A stretch of DNA of 64,000 nt from a virus. Location: IMG/VR virus record IMGVR_UViG_3300033182_000769, positions 64,001 to 128,000 of that record, one strand, 5' to 3'. The notes beneath the pieces are model-generated. The model was not told the origin of the DNA. It did no database searches and was given only the letters and a program-made list of their open reading frames with translations. Below, in pieces: positions 28,801-37,131 of the stretch. How positions within the stretch are numbered: position 1 is the stretch's first letter; each line of letters begins with the position of its first letter. Position numbers and translations under genes: made by a program.

Positions 28801-31579
28801 AGTTCCAGGAACTGGCTTAGTTGATAACCATAACTTTGCAGCAGTGGTCGGTGCAACATTTACTGATAGTGCGCAAGAAATCTTCCACGCAGAATTTGAT
28901 AATGCTGGTAACGAGTATACTGAAGCAACATGGATTGTGTCAGGCGCAGGCGCATACGGCGCAGCAGAGCAAGACGAATTCCGTGATGATGCAGTATTTG
29001 AAGTACGCTTATTAGATAACGTAGACGATTCAACAAATGCTCCAGAAGCAGACGGCAACTTCGGCGGATTTGGTTACATCACTAATAGTAACACAGCACA
29101 AGGTGGTACAAGTACTCAAATTACAATTGCTGCTACAGACGGTGAGATTAGTTCTGCTTATCCGGGTATGAAACTATACTTAGATGGCGGTACAGGTGCT
29201 GGACAGTTTGGTATTATTGATACATATAACTCAGGTACTAAAGTAGCAACTATTATTAAAGAAACTACAGGTGCACCAGGATGGGATCACGTTATTCCAG
29301 GTACTCCAATTGTATCTCCAGATGCTTCTACAACATACACTATTGAACCAAGAGCAGAATTTACTGCCCCAGGATTTGCATCTACTGCAACAACTGTTCC
29401 AAGTGGAACTTATGTTTCAGCGATATACGGTGACACAGCATTAGCCTATGCTGATGTTGAAGGTGTAACTAATGGCGGCGGCGAATTAGCAACATTCTTA
29501 GTATATAGAAACGGCTCAAAATACGATGTTGAAATTATCAACGCAGGATCCGGCTATCAAATAAATGACTCGATTGTAATTTCGGGTGCAGATGTTGGTG
29601 GTGTTGATGCAGTTAACGATATTACTATTAAAGTGCTTTCAGTTAATTCTGCAACAGGCGCAATAACTGTAATTGACTTCACAGGCTATGGCCCAGGTGG
29701 ACGCTATGTTGCTATCCAGGCCGGTTCAGCAGCAGGCGCAACATCAGAAGACGGTATTACTTGGACAGCACAAGCATCGCTAATGCCAACTACAGATACT
29801 TGGTCAGATCTTGCATGGGGATCATTTGAAGACGGATCAACATTCGGTGAAACAAATAGATTCGTTGCAGTTGCATCAGGTAATGATGTTGCTGCTTACT
29901 CAGAGACAGGAACAGCGTTTAATGTTTCAACAATGCCAATTACAGCGGCATGGTGTAGTGTAACATTTGGCGAAGGAAAGTTCCTTGCTATTGCAAGTGA
30001 TAGCACTACTGTTGCTATTTCATACGATGGTGAAGTTTGGGACGTAACTGGCACACTTAATTCAACAGGATTTACAAGTGTAACTTACGGACAAGGCGTG
30101 TTTGTTGCAATTAAATCGGGTGCAACTACTGCGTCTTACTCAACAGATGGTATTACTTGGACAGATTCAACTGCTGGATTGCCAGCAAGTTCTAACTGGA
30201 GTAGCATTGCATACGGTAACAACAGATTTGTTGCAGTTTCTGCTACAAGCGGAACAGCAGCAGCATACAGTGTTGACATGGGTGAGACATGGTACTCAAG
30301 TACATTACCTGCTACAGCAACATGGAATAGAGTTGTATACGGACAAGGTGTGTTTATGGCAGTAACAGGAAGTACACAAGCAGCATCGTCAGAAGATGGT
30401 GTAGTTTGGACTTCACGTACATTAAGTACTTCTGCAAGTGGTTACGATGCAATTGCATTTGGTAATCCAAACCATTATGGCTTGTTTGCAGGTATTCAAG
30501 ATGGCGCAGGAACTGTTGCAACATACATTAGAACTGGTGCTACAACAAGAGCTCGTGTATATGTTTCGCAGAATAAGATCTACTCAATTAAGTTAATTGA
30601 ACCAGGTTCGGGTTATGCAAGCACACCAACAATGACAATTACTGATCCTAACAATATCTACGAAGCACCGTTTACAGTAAGAACAGGCTGGGGCGTATTA
30701 GGTAACCCAAGTTGGAAGAACAGAGGAACTGGATACGTATCGGCAGGTATGGATATTGACACCGGCGACGGATATGCAAACTTCTACCAAAACGGTAGTT
30801 ACATTTCCGTTAAAGATATGTCTAAATTCCCAGTTCCGGGCTCAAACGTTGTATTTGGACACTTACCAAATACAACATATAAACTTGTAAACGTTCTAAC
30901 ACAACTTGGTTCAGAACCAGGAAGTTACAGAGCATTCTTCCAAGTTGCTCCGGATATGACTGTTTACAGTTCACCGGAACACGAAGTATCTGTAACAACA
31001 CGAATTCGTTACTCACAAGTACGTCTAACTGGACACGACTTCCTCGATGTTGGTACTGGTAACTTTGACCAGGCTAACTATCCTGAAGGTCCACCAGAAA
31101 TTGAACCTAACCAGTACAACGAAACAGTTAACACAAATGGCGGACGTGTGTTCTACACAAGTACTGACCAAGATGGTAACTTCAGAGTTGGCGAATTGTT
31201 CACAATTGAACAGTCCACTGGTGTTGCAACGTTGAACGCAGATGCATTTAACATTGCAGGCTTGTCAGAATTGACACTTGGCGAAGTATCGTTGGGTGGC
31301 GGCTCTGCTGCTATTAATGAGTTCTCAACGGATCCGTTCTTCACTGCAAACAGTGATAACATTGTTCCTACACAGAGAGCAATCAAAGCGTATATTGCAT
31401 CACAAATTGGTGGCGGTGGTGCATCATTGAACGTAAATAGCGTTACCGCAGGTTTCATTTACATTGCGGGACAACAGATCACTACTACAACAGGTGGAAC
31501 GATCCAAATGAAGGCTACTTTAGATTTCCAAGGCGGCGTAACAGGTTACCCGATGGCTTGGAACTTCTACTTTAACTAA
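22847..31579 (+). CDS. Giant tail fibre/appendage protein B (2910 aa) with eight helical CxRD repeats
   Basis: Same architecture as protein A plus eight C-x-R-D repeats; own late promoter GATAAATA at 22810-22817. Confidence 0.8.
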   Translation: MAEFKLGRIRFVWKGPWTGATTYYVDDVVRYGGKTFICVDGHTSDADFNVDLNYNPTKWNQMSDGHEWKGPWQTNTFYKINDVVKYGGLLYIANTAHTSALTDALGLEANQAHWTLYAEGLEWKGNWATNTRYKLNDQVRYGGYTYVCNTGHTSAVTTANGLEADQGKWDSFNEGLQYKGAWTTATRYKLNDVVKYGSSVYICTTPHTSDASTFLTDTANWAVMVEGAEFETTDWSDASVTYQLGDIVRYGGNQYVCVQSHVSDSTSPAAGGANWTVMSYGLRYQNDWANNVSYKPGEVVSVNGLTYLAKQDSPTTTITVTASSSVNNRLTYSGSTVIADGMSIRFTGTTFGGIMSGAKYYVKQVISPTELTITTEFGGAVKTLTTASGSMTGTSSFEPPHATYWTALTHGMKWAGEWMDDTEYEIGDIIRFGSNAYVCVGGHRSEADDGSSIGPLGGGTANSRPDQDATGDYWNVLAIGNETEVLTTRGDMVYYGGAGPTRLPVGIEGQVLVSDGTDPVWTSLGHVNHVYYVSPLGKDGHYPVNGGTIDRPWKTIRHACQEIERGCRNPNAAKLLEMNRVFIQREVTEWIQYQIANAPAGGDWENFVYDDFKCERDTGFIVDRVIWDLTHGGNLKMRAAAQTYLNQLANGPYSTEEFGTGEYTKLSEQGAHDVLAFNYMLEVVASVLANEAPATVYQTVNGDNSTATVDQWINTEYQAENVMAEITSLVGIVTTALTDGTIPARYVPNATLYVKSGTYHETLPIIVPAEVALVGDETRSVHIAPADSLVDISDAYYSSANLDRLAEVVSDVVQGNAVTPTTGNTEAQHIEWPFGGADQAAVGTKLARTMKYDMDNRLNLTHSFDYPNPPGYNFSYMAGYGDARELLMKNRTFFKHEVKQYIDNNYPLLKYSRTKCLRDVGHITDAIMYDLTYGGNAQSVVAGLAYYEGVGSDLYIDSTEKLATIASYEYLRSMMEDVVANTPIVPLQTDVVQYTDGNLDGSNAVSFIGANINEMIDIVDNGPGAVTLTDPSTTWVASALTTDNSAMNAIVGQLQIDTIDYINTNFGDFTYNSALCRRDSHYMVQAGYWDAAFGSNFWGVQNGLAYHRPQADKVTSEQRAQELGSVLHIKGEVATSLTGNATAISRARATYDEIVDIISHGVSNADALVFTDTGTANFTNARTQLQTNRQFIIDEMSAWMNTNHNAVWVGLGTEGQNLCKRDVGYTVDALSYDVNYGGNMATRNAARALFSAITGLSVYPDAAMKTAAAAMYTQLGSVCSDVVQELYAGQDTSGTAASATEGARMVTLAGNINAVIVADTISGLVAESTPSITWVDAGIQTVLGTLATDEDAIVASTLQYITDNFSSLKYNHAKCSRDIATIVKAVGYDMMFNSNFQTLKSGYAYLRSSANEVFSLGQKTVTRRALDFVRDAVLAECSDSTAIARVTNLMLTLDDVIYSGSTEGQVCQTEDRNVDWAILQLERNRDFIVEEVRAWMEYNFVDFDTYYDSVTCSRDVGMIIDAVSNDLITGSNFPSSVAGMAYYRANASVVTSGQMMQTVDVMHQVRDAGLRVVTDPTLYTAVEASFDNIINILENGMSAVPAYTFPDNGTSTAYDSTTAADFQTNRATYISNLTSWITTTYPALTYDTAKCERDVGYIVDAATFDILYGGNYQSVIAGDAYYSFGTLQLGASEKTETIAAYGQLKSYLVADADPSSQAAVGSNMDDVIAIVTNGAGTVATTMPVATGETAAIQATYSAMQSAKATVQSNMTQYITDTYSSYVYNQAFCLRDVGYMIDAMKWDMRYGSNYESLKATQLYANAVLGNKEENMFLLRNGTGLRNLTLEGLSGDVTPENEYGTSRVTAGAYASLDPGWGPDDFRTWIIHRSPYVQNVCTFGHAAVGQKIDGSLHAGGYDSIVSNDFTQLISDGIGAWVTNNGRAELVSVFTYYSYIGYLAENGGKIRGTNGNNSYGHFGSVAEGFDSTEVPGTGLVDNHNFAAVVGATFTDSAQEIFHAEFDNAGNEYTEATWIVSGAGAYGAAEQDEFRDDAVFEVRLLDNVDDSTNAPEADGNFGGFGYITNSNTAQGGTSTQITIAATDGEISSAYPGMKLYLDGGTGAGQFGIIDTYNSGTKVATIIKETTGAPGWDHVIPGTPIVSPDASTTYTIEPRAEFTAPGFASTATTVPSGTYVSAIYGDTALAYADVEGVTNGGGELATFLVYRNGSKYDVEIINAGSGYQINDSIVISGADVGGVDAVNDITIKVLSVNSATGAITVIDFTGYGPGGRYVAIQAGSAAGATSEDGITWTAQASLMPTTDTWSDLAWGSFEDGSTFGETNRFVAVASGNDVAAYSETGTAFNVSTMPITAAWCSVTFGEGKFLAIASDSTTVAISYDGEVWDVTGTLNSTGFTSVTYGQGVFVAIKSGATTASYSTDGITWTDSTAGLPASSNWSSIAYGNNRFVAVSATSGTAAAYSVDMGETWYSSTLPATATWNRVVYGQGVFMAVTGSTQAASSEDGVVWTSRTLSTSASGYDAIAFGNPNHYGLFAGIQDGAGTVATYIRTGATTRARVYVSQNKIYSIKLIEPGSGYASTPTMTITDPNNIYEAPFTVRTGWGVLGNPSWKNRGTGYVSAGMDIDTGDGYANFYQNGSYISVKDMSKFPVPGSNVVFGHLPNTTYKLVNVLTQLGSEPGSYRAFFQVAPDMTVYSSPEHEVSVTTRIRYSQVRLTGHDFLDVGTGNFDQANYPEGPPEIEPNQYNETVNTNGGRVFYTSTDQDGNFRVGELFTIEQSTGVATLNADAFNIAGLSELTLGEVSLGGGSAAINEFSTDPFFTANSDNIVPTQRAIKAYIASQIGGGGASLNVNSVTAGFIYIAGQQITTTTGGTIQMKATLDFQGGVTGYPMAWNFYFN
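24680..28270 (+). repeat. Eight protein-level repeats C-x-R-D-(V/I/T/S)...D...(GG/GS/NS)N
   Basis: Cys codons at 24686, 25592, 26072, 26501, 26969, 27380, 27797 and 28208, all in frame. Confidence 0.85.
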
Positions 31580-31600
31580 ATACTAATGGAGAAATAGAAA

Positions 31601-31921
31601 ATGGCAACAGGTAGATTAGGAACAGGAGACTTATCAGTAGGTACAGATACCGTACTTTATTCGGCTCCGTTAGACACTTTTACTGTGGCAACAGTAAACT
31701 TGTGTAACAGAGGTACGTCGGCTGCTACAGTTAGAATTGCAGTAACAACAAGCCCAAACCCAACGAACGACGAGTTTATTGAGTACGATACTTCGTTACT
31801 TGCGAAAGGTATCTTAGAAAGAACCGGTATTGTATTAACATACGGTCAACACATTGTGGTTAGAGCTAACTCAGCAGGCGTGGCGGCAGTATGTTACGGT
31901 ATCGAAACATCAACAGTATAA
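31601..31921 (+). CDS. Small beta-sandwich structural protein, paralogue 3 of 3
   Basis: VNLCNRG...VRIAV...LERTGIVL; TAAATA at 31577-31582 and SD GGAG. Confidence 0.65.
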   Translation: MATGRLGTGDLSVGTDTVLYSAPLDTFTVATVNLCNRGTSAATVRIAVTTSPNPTNDEFIEYDTSLLAKGILERTGIVLTYGQHIVVRANSAGVAAVCYGIETSTV

Positions 31922-31936
31922 TAGGAATTTAGAACC

Positions 31937-32743
31937 ATGGGACGATTAGTAAAAACATCATTATCTGGCAACGAAATTACTATTGACGTTATTAATAACC
32001 AGTTTGTAAACGCAACTGTTGACGAAGATTTGGTTTTTGATGTTGTTGGTACCGGTAAAGTTTCAATGCCAGACACAACTGCTTCAACAAGTACAACAAC
32101 AGGTGCTTTAGTAATTGGCGGCGGCTTGGGTATGGGTGGAAACCACCACGTAGGTGGAAGTACCGTAATTGCTGGCTCTGCTACAGTTAACAGTACAACA
32201 AACTCAACAAACACGTCAAGCGGTGCCATAATCGTTACAGGCGGTGTAGGTGTTGGAGGTAATGGACACTTTGGCGGTTCAATAACCAGTGTAGGAATTA
32301 CATCTTCGGGTGCAGTAACTATTTCAAACGGTACTGCTGCGTCGAATTATACTTCGGGCGCATTGGTAGTTACAGGCGGTATTGGATGTAATAATAACTT
32401 ATATGTAAACGGTGTAGGTCGTTTTTCAAATGACGTTGTTGCACACTATTCATCAGACGAAAGGCTTAAAGAAAACATTAACCCTATCGAAGATGCGCTA
32501 AATAAGATTGATGCAATTAGCGGTGTAACGTTTGACTGGAACGAAACAGCATTAGAAATGTACCCAGAAAGAACAGGACGCGATGTCGGTGTTATTGCTC
32601 AACAAATTCAAAGTGTTGTACCTGAATTAGTTGTTGAGAGAGAAAACGGATACTTGGCCGTTAATTACGAAAAAATCACTGCTTTATTAATTCAAGGCAT
32701 CAAAGAGTTAAAAGCAGAAATTGAAGAACTTAAAAAAGGTTAA
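31937..32743 (+). CDS. Tail fibre with C-terminal intramolecular chaperone (peptidase S74 / ICA domain)
   Basis: SDERLKENI...GVTFDWN...GVIAQ...VNYEK...LLIQGIKEL; TSSGAIIVTGGVG repeats upstream. Confidence 0.85.
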   Translation: MGRLVKTSLSGNEITIDVINNQFVNATVDEDLVFDVVGTGKVSMPDTTASTSTTTGALVIGGGLGMGGNHHVGGSTVIAGSATVNSTTNSTNTSSGAIIVTGGVGVGGNGHFGGSITSVGITSSGAVTISNGTAASNYTSGALVVTGGIGCNNNLYVNGVGRFSNDVVAHYSSDERLKENINPIEDALNKIDAISGVTFDWNETALEMYPERTGRDVGVIAQQIQSVVPELVVERENGYLAVNYEKITALLIQGIKELKAEIEELKKG

Positions 32744-32749
32744 TTAAAG

Positions 32750-33421
32750 ATGGCATTTACGTTAACTTCTACAGGAATAACTTTCCATAACGGAACCACA
32801 CAGTCAACAAAATTTGACAGCGATGACGATAGAGGAAAGTTAATTAGCGTTAGTACATTTGGCGGTGGCTCTTCAGGTGGCGGATCATACACTTGGAATA
32901 AGCCGGCAGGATGTACTAAAGTGCGTGTTATCTGCGTAGGAGGTGGCGGTGGCGCTTCGGGACACTGCGAAGGCGGTGGCTCCGGCGGTTATGCAGAGAA
33001 ATGGGTCGATGTTTCCGGTGTTAGCTCAGTATCAGTAACAGTAGGTGGCGGTGGTTCTGGAGGTGGTTACCACTCTAATAGACCAGATGGTGGCACAAGT
33101 TCATTTGGTGGCTACTGCTCAGCATCAGGCGGATACGGAGCAAATCGTAACTGGAGACATTCAGGCGGACATGGCGGCATTGGACACGGCGGTGATATTA
33201 ACCTAAGAGGCGGTGGCGGTGGCGGCCACGAAAACGAAGCGGGCGGCAAGTCTGCAGATAGTTATTGGGGAGGAGGCGGCCCTGCTACACACCATAACTA
33301 TCACGGTAACAATTCAGAAAACCATTGCGCACCTGGCGCTGGCGGACAAGGTACTTGGACAGGCCACGGTCGTGGAAGATACGGTAAAGCGGGAATGGTT
33401 GTAGTTTGGAATTTCAAGTAA
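32750..33421 (+). CDS. Gly/His-rich fibre-tip (adhesin-like) protein 1
   Basis: TWNKPAGC.KVRVICVGGGGG...GGSGGY...VSVTVGGGG glycine-rich domain, directly after the S74 fibre. Confidence 0.7.
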   Translation: MAFTLTSTGITFHNGTTQSTKFDSDDDRGKLISVSTFGGGSSGGGSYTWNKPAGCTKVRVICVGGGGGASGHCEGGGSGGYAEKWVDVSGVSSVSVTVGGGGSGGGYHSNRPDGGTSSFGGYCSASGGYGANRNWRHSGGHGGIGHGGDINLRGGGGGGHENEAGGKSADSYWGGGGPATHHNYHGNNSENHCAPGAGGQGTWTGHGRGRYGKAGMVVVWNFK

Positions 33422-33440
33422 TAGGAAGTAGGTAAAACAC

Positions 33441-34112
33441 ATGGCAGAAATTACTATTAATAGTTCAGGCATAGTAATGCCAGATGGCAACACACAAACA
33501 ACTGCTATGAATGCCTCTCTTGATAGAGGTAAGTTAATTAGTGTAAACACATATACAGGCAACAGCACCTGGAATAGGCCATCTAATTGTAAAAAGATTT
33601 TGGTTATTTGTGTAGGTGGTGGCGGCGGTGGCTGCGGACACAATGAATCGGGCGGCGCCGGCGGCTATGTAGAAAAGTTATTAGATGTTTCATCTGGACC
33701 TACATCAGTATCAGTAACAATTGGCGGCGGCGGAGATGGCCGTACATATCACAGAGGTTGTGGTGATGGCGGACAAACATCATTTGGTAGTTATTGTTAC
33801 GCTACAGGCGGACGTGGAGCAAATCGTGACTGGAGCCACACAGGCGGACGTGGCGGACACGGCGGAAACGGTAATGTAAATTTATGGGGTGGCGGTGGCC
33901 GCTCACATGGAGACCAAGGTCAAGACGACGGTGGACAATCATTCTTTGGTGGTTCTCAAGTTGCAGGACACCACGGCGGTTATTACTACAGACACTGGTC
34001 AGAAGGACTTAATCACAATCCACCAGGATCAGGCGGAAACGGCGAATGGTCTCAACACTCACGTGGCGGGTATGGTACCAGTGGTATTTGTATCGTATAT
34101 AACTATTCATAA
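33441..34112 (+). CDS. Gly/His-rich fibre-tip (adhesin-like) protein 2
   Basis: Paralogue of 32750 with the same motif order. Confidence 0.7.
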   Translation: MAEITINSSGIVMPDGNTQTTAMNASLDRGKLISVNTYTGNSTWNRPSNCKKILVICVGGGGGGCGHNESGGAGGYVEKLLDVSSGPTSVSVTIGGGGDGRTYHRGCGDGGQTSFGSYCYATGGRGANRDWSHTGGRGGHGGNGNVNLWGGGGRSHGDQGQDDGGQSFFGGSQVAGHHGGYYYRHWSEGLNHNPPGSGGNGEWSQHSRGGYGTSGICIVYNYS

Positions 34113-34125
34113 GGACGAGCGATAA

Positions 34126-34815
34126 ATGGCAACTACATTAAACAGTAACGGAATTAATTTTCCAGATGGCACTACACAAACCGTAAAGTTCCAAGAAGAA
34201 GATGGCGGTGGTGAATTAATTGCTATCAATACTTTTCCACCACATAATGACTTCCACAACGTAACACGTTCTGGAACATATACTTGGACTAAACCGTCTG
34301 GCTGTAAATATGTTAGAGTAATTGTAGTCGGAGGCGGTGGTGGCTCGTGCGCACACGGAGAGTCGGGTGCTGCTGGCGGCATGGCTGAAAAGTTTATTAA
34401 TGTTGAAGGTATTAGCTCAGTATCAGTAACAGTAGGCGGACGTGGGTCGGGCGGCGGCTACTATTCAAATAGACCAGACGGTGGCACAAGCTCGTTTGGT
34501 AGTTATTGTTCGGCAGGCGGCGGCTATGGTGCAAACCGTAACTGGGGCCACTCAGGCGGTCACGGCGGTGTAGGTCACGGCGGAGACATTAATGTTTGGG
34601 GCGGCGGCGGCAATGGCCACGATAACCGTGGCGGCAAAGGTGGCGGCTCATACTTTGGCGGATCAAAATTCCCAGGGTGGGGTAACAACTCACGTGGCGC
34701 TACTGGCGAAGATCACTATATGGCTCCGGGTGCAGGCGGTTCAAGTTGTCACTCAAGCCACGGTAGAGGTGGTTACGGCGCAACTGGAGCAGTAATTGTT
34801 TACTGCTATAAGTAG
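34126..34815 (+). CDS. Gly/His-rich fibre-tip (adhesin-like) protein 3
   Basis: Paralogue; shares a 25 nt identical block (34412-34436) with gene 1 (33021-33045). Confidence 0.7.
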   Translation: MATTLNSNGINFPDGTTQTVKFQEEDGGGELIAINTFPPHNDFHNVTRSGTYTWTKPSGCKYVRVIVVGGGGGSCAHGESGAAGGMAEKFINVEGISSVSVTVGGRGSGGGYYSNRPDGGTSSFGSYCSAGGGYGANRNWGHSGGHGGVGHGGDINVWGGGGNGHDNRGGKGGGSYFGGSKFPGWGNNSRGATGEDHYMAPGAGGSSCHSSHGRGGYGATGAVIVYCYK

Positions 34816-34887
34816 CCACAAATATTATATTCAAACTATCTATCTAAATAAGTAAGTTAATAATATTAAGATTTACGAGGGTAATCA

Positions 34888-36522
34888 ATGCAAATTAACA
34901 GTGTTCTTATTGTCGGTGGCGGAAGTAGCGGATGGATGACTGCTGCTGCGTTAGTTAGACAACTTCCACAATTAAAAATAACATTAGTAGAAGCACCAGG
35001 AATTCCAACAATCGGTGTAGGCGAATCTACCATTGGACATATTAACAGTTATATGAATGCAGTTGGTCTCAAAGACGAAGATTGGATGAAGAACTGTAAT
35101 GCAACATATAAGACATCAATTAAATTTACGAATTTTAGAGATAATCCAGGAGAGATTGGAAAACATACCTTCCACTATCCGTTTGGGGTTATAGATATCA
35201 CTGACAAAGATGAAGGCCCAATGGAGTGGTTCTTACACAATCAAATAGATCCAGATAACTGGCCAGAAGAAACAATGGCAGAGTATTATCACCCTCACGT
35301 TATTATGGCTGATCATAATAAAATGACTAATAACGACGAGTTTCAGATAAGAGGATTTAATTTCCAATATGATACGGCATATCATATGGATGCTGCATTG
35401 TTTGGGGAATATTTAAAGAATGATGTGTGTATTCCAGAAGGCGTAACACATATTGTAGATACTGTATTAGATGCAGAAGTAGCAGAAGATGGTTCACTTG
35501 CAAATATTGTTACAGAAAATAATGGAAAGTTAACCGCAGATTTGTACATTGACTGTACTGGTTTTAAATCTATACTACTTGAAGGAAAAATGAAATCTGA
35601 ATTTGTTTCTTTCAAAGATACATTGTTAAATGACAGAGCTATTGCTACTATTATCCCGTATCTTGATAGAGAAAATGAAATGACTTCTGCTACTAATTGT
35701 ACAGCAATTGATGCAGGTTGGGTATGGAATATCCCATTATGGAATCGTATCGGAACTGGTTATGTATATTCGAGTGACTTTGCGACAGAAGAAGAAGCAG
35801 AAGAACAATTTAGAAAACACTTAGCCGGTGAATATATGGACTTCCAAGGCGATAAAGAAGCACTTAAAAAACGTGCAGAGGAAGCAGAATTTAGACATAT
35901 TAAGATCAAACACGGCTGTCATAGAGAAGCATGGGTTAAAAATGTAGTTGGTATTGGTTTAGCCAATGGATTTATTGAACCGCTTGAGTCGACAGGACTT
36001 ATGCTAACGCACGAAGGTATTATGAGATTAATTGATACCTTGCATAATAGAAAATGTTTTGTTACCGGCTATGATAGAGAAGCATTTAACTTTGCAGTAT
36101 TTGACGAAGTTATTGGTTTTAAAGATTTCATTTCAATGCACTATACATTAACAAGACGTAACGATACACCGTACTGGAAACATATCACAGAGGGAGGCAT
36201 TAAATGGTCTCCGGAAATGGCAAATAGTATTCCAAAATTACGTAATATTTACATGGATGTTGCTGGTAGGACTTTAAATTCGAGAGTTTACGATCTTGAT
36301 ATGGGAGGAATGCTTTATATCGTCGCAGGTCAGGGTTACAAACCAATGAATGATCGGTATATGAAAGACAAAAATGATAGGTATAATAGACGCAAGCAGT
36401 GGAAACAGGAAGAGTCAGCACACTTATGGTTCGATTACAAAGAAAACGTTTTAATGCCAATGATTGATAGTTTACCAACCCATTATGAGTATTTGAAGAT
36501 AAATATTCATACAGAAGAGTAA
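34888..36522 (+). CDS. Flavin-dependent tryptophan halogenase family protein (PrnA-like)
   Basis: GGGSSG FAD motif, IGVGEST, ATYK (catalytic Lys position), AYHMDA, YIDCTGF, WVWNIP and FIEPLESTG; TAAATA at 34845-34850. Confidence 0.92.
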   Translation: MQINSVLIVGGGSSGWMTAAALVRQLPQLKITLVEAPGIPTIGVGESTIGHINSYMNAVGLKDEDWMKNCNATYKTSIKFTNFRDNPGEIGKHTFHYPFGVIDITDKDEGPMEWFLHNQIDPDNWPEETMAEYYHPHVIMADHNKMTNNDEFQIRGFNFQYDTAYHMDAALFGEYLKNDVCIPEGVTHIVDTVLDAEVAEDGSLANIVTENNGKLTADLYIDCTGFKSILLEGKMKSEFVSFKDTLLNDRAIATIIPYLDRENEMTSATNCTAIDAGWVWNIPLWNRIGTGYVYSSDFATEEEAEEQFRKHLAGEYMDFQGDKEALKKRAEEAEFRHIKIKHGCHREAWVKNVVGIGLANGFIEPLESTGLMLTHEGIMRLIDTLHNRKCFVTGYDREAFNFAVFDEVIGFKDFISMHYTLTRRNDTPYWKHITEGGIKWSPEMANSIPKLRNIYMDVAGRTLNSRVYDLDMGGMLYIVAGQGYKPMNDRYMKDKNDRYNRRKQWKQEESAHLWFDYKENVLMPMIDSLPTHYEYLKINIHTEE

Positions 36523-36535
36523 TAAGGAGTAATTA

Positions 36536-37051
36536 ATGGCAAAATATGCATTAGTACACAATTTTATGGAAACTCGTGTTCAGGCAGTTGCAACAACCGA
36601 GGCAGAAAAATTTGACATCCACTCAGATTTAAGTTGGATCCCTTGCAGTGATGACGTTGAGCAAGGATGGGAATATAATAAAGAAACTGGAACCTTCCAA
36701 CCTTGGCAGGATCCTCCAACACACTACACAGTAGCACGTAGGGTAGGCTATGGTGATGTAGGCGCACAATTAGGTGAAATTTTTGACGCAATACAGTCAG
36801 GTAATGCAAACGCATTAACATCGTGGGCTTCAAGAATTGAAAAGATTAAAATTTTATTACCTAAAGACAACGAAGCAGCAGTGATTGCAGTTCAAAATGA
36901 ATTAAATCAGCGTAACCAAACAATGGCTGATAAGGCAGAAGCAGGTGAAATTGATTTTCAAGATGCGCCTGATGTTGTCACTCAGTTAGCAGATGAATAT
37001 ATTAATGGTACTTGGATTTGTCCTGTAAGAGGTCAGTATACCGGTTCCTAA
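36536..37051 (+). CDS. Hypothetical protein, possibly tail fibre assembly/chaperone-like
   Basis: WIPC.DDV..GWEY and Y...RR..Y.....QL..I..AI segments resemble fibre assembly proteins; SD AAGGAG. Confidence 0.5.
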   Translation: MAKYALVHNFMETRVQAVATTEAEKFDIHSDLSWIPCSDDVEQGWEYNKETGTFQPWQDPPTHYTVARRVGYGDVGAQLGEIFDAIQSGNANALTSWASRIEKIKILLPKDNEAAVIAVQNELNQRNQTMADKAEAGEIDFQDAPDVVTQLADEYINGTWICPVRGQYTGS

Positions 37052-37072
37052 ATTACTCTTGCTAATGCATAG

Positions 37073-37107
37073 AAAAGGTAAGTACTTAAAAGGTGCTTAC
37101 CTTTTTT
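37073..37107 (+). terminator. Intrinsic (possibly bidirectional) terminator
   Basis: AAAAGGTAAGTAC-TTAAAAG-GTGCTTACCTTTTTT. Confidence 0.75.
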
Positions 37108-37131
37108 CATCTATTTTAGAAAGGTATTTAA

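Noticed and set aside
32750-34815. Diversity-generating retroelement or invertible shufflon acting on the adhesin genes
   Set aside because: No reverse transcriptase or recombinase in the window, no adenine-specific TR/VR pair, and all three genes are complete and co-oriented.
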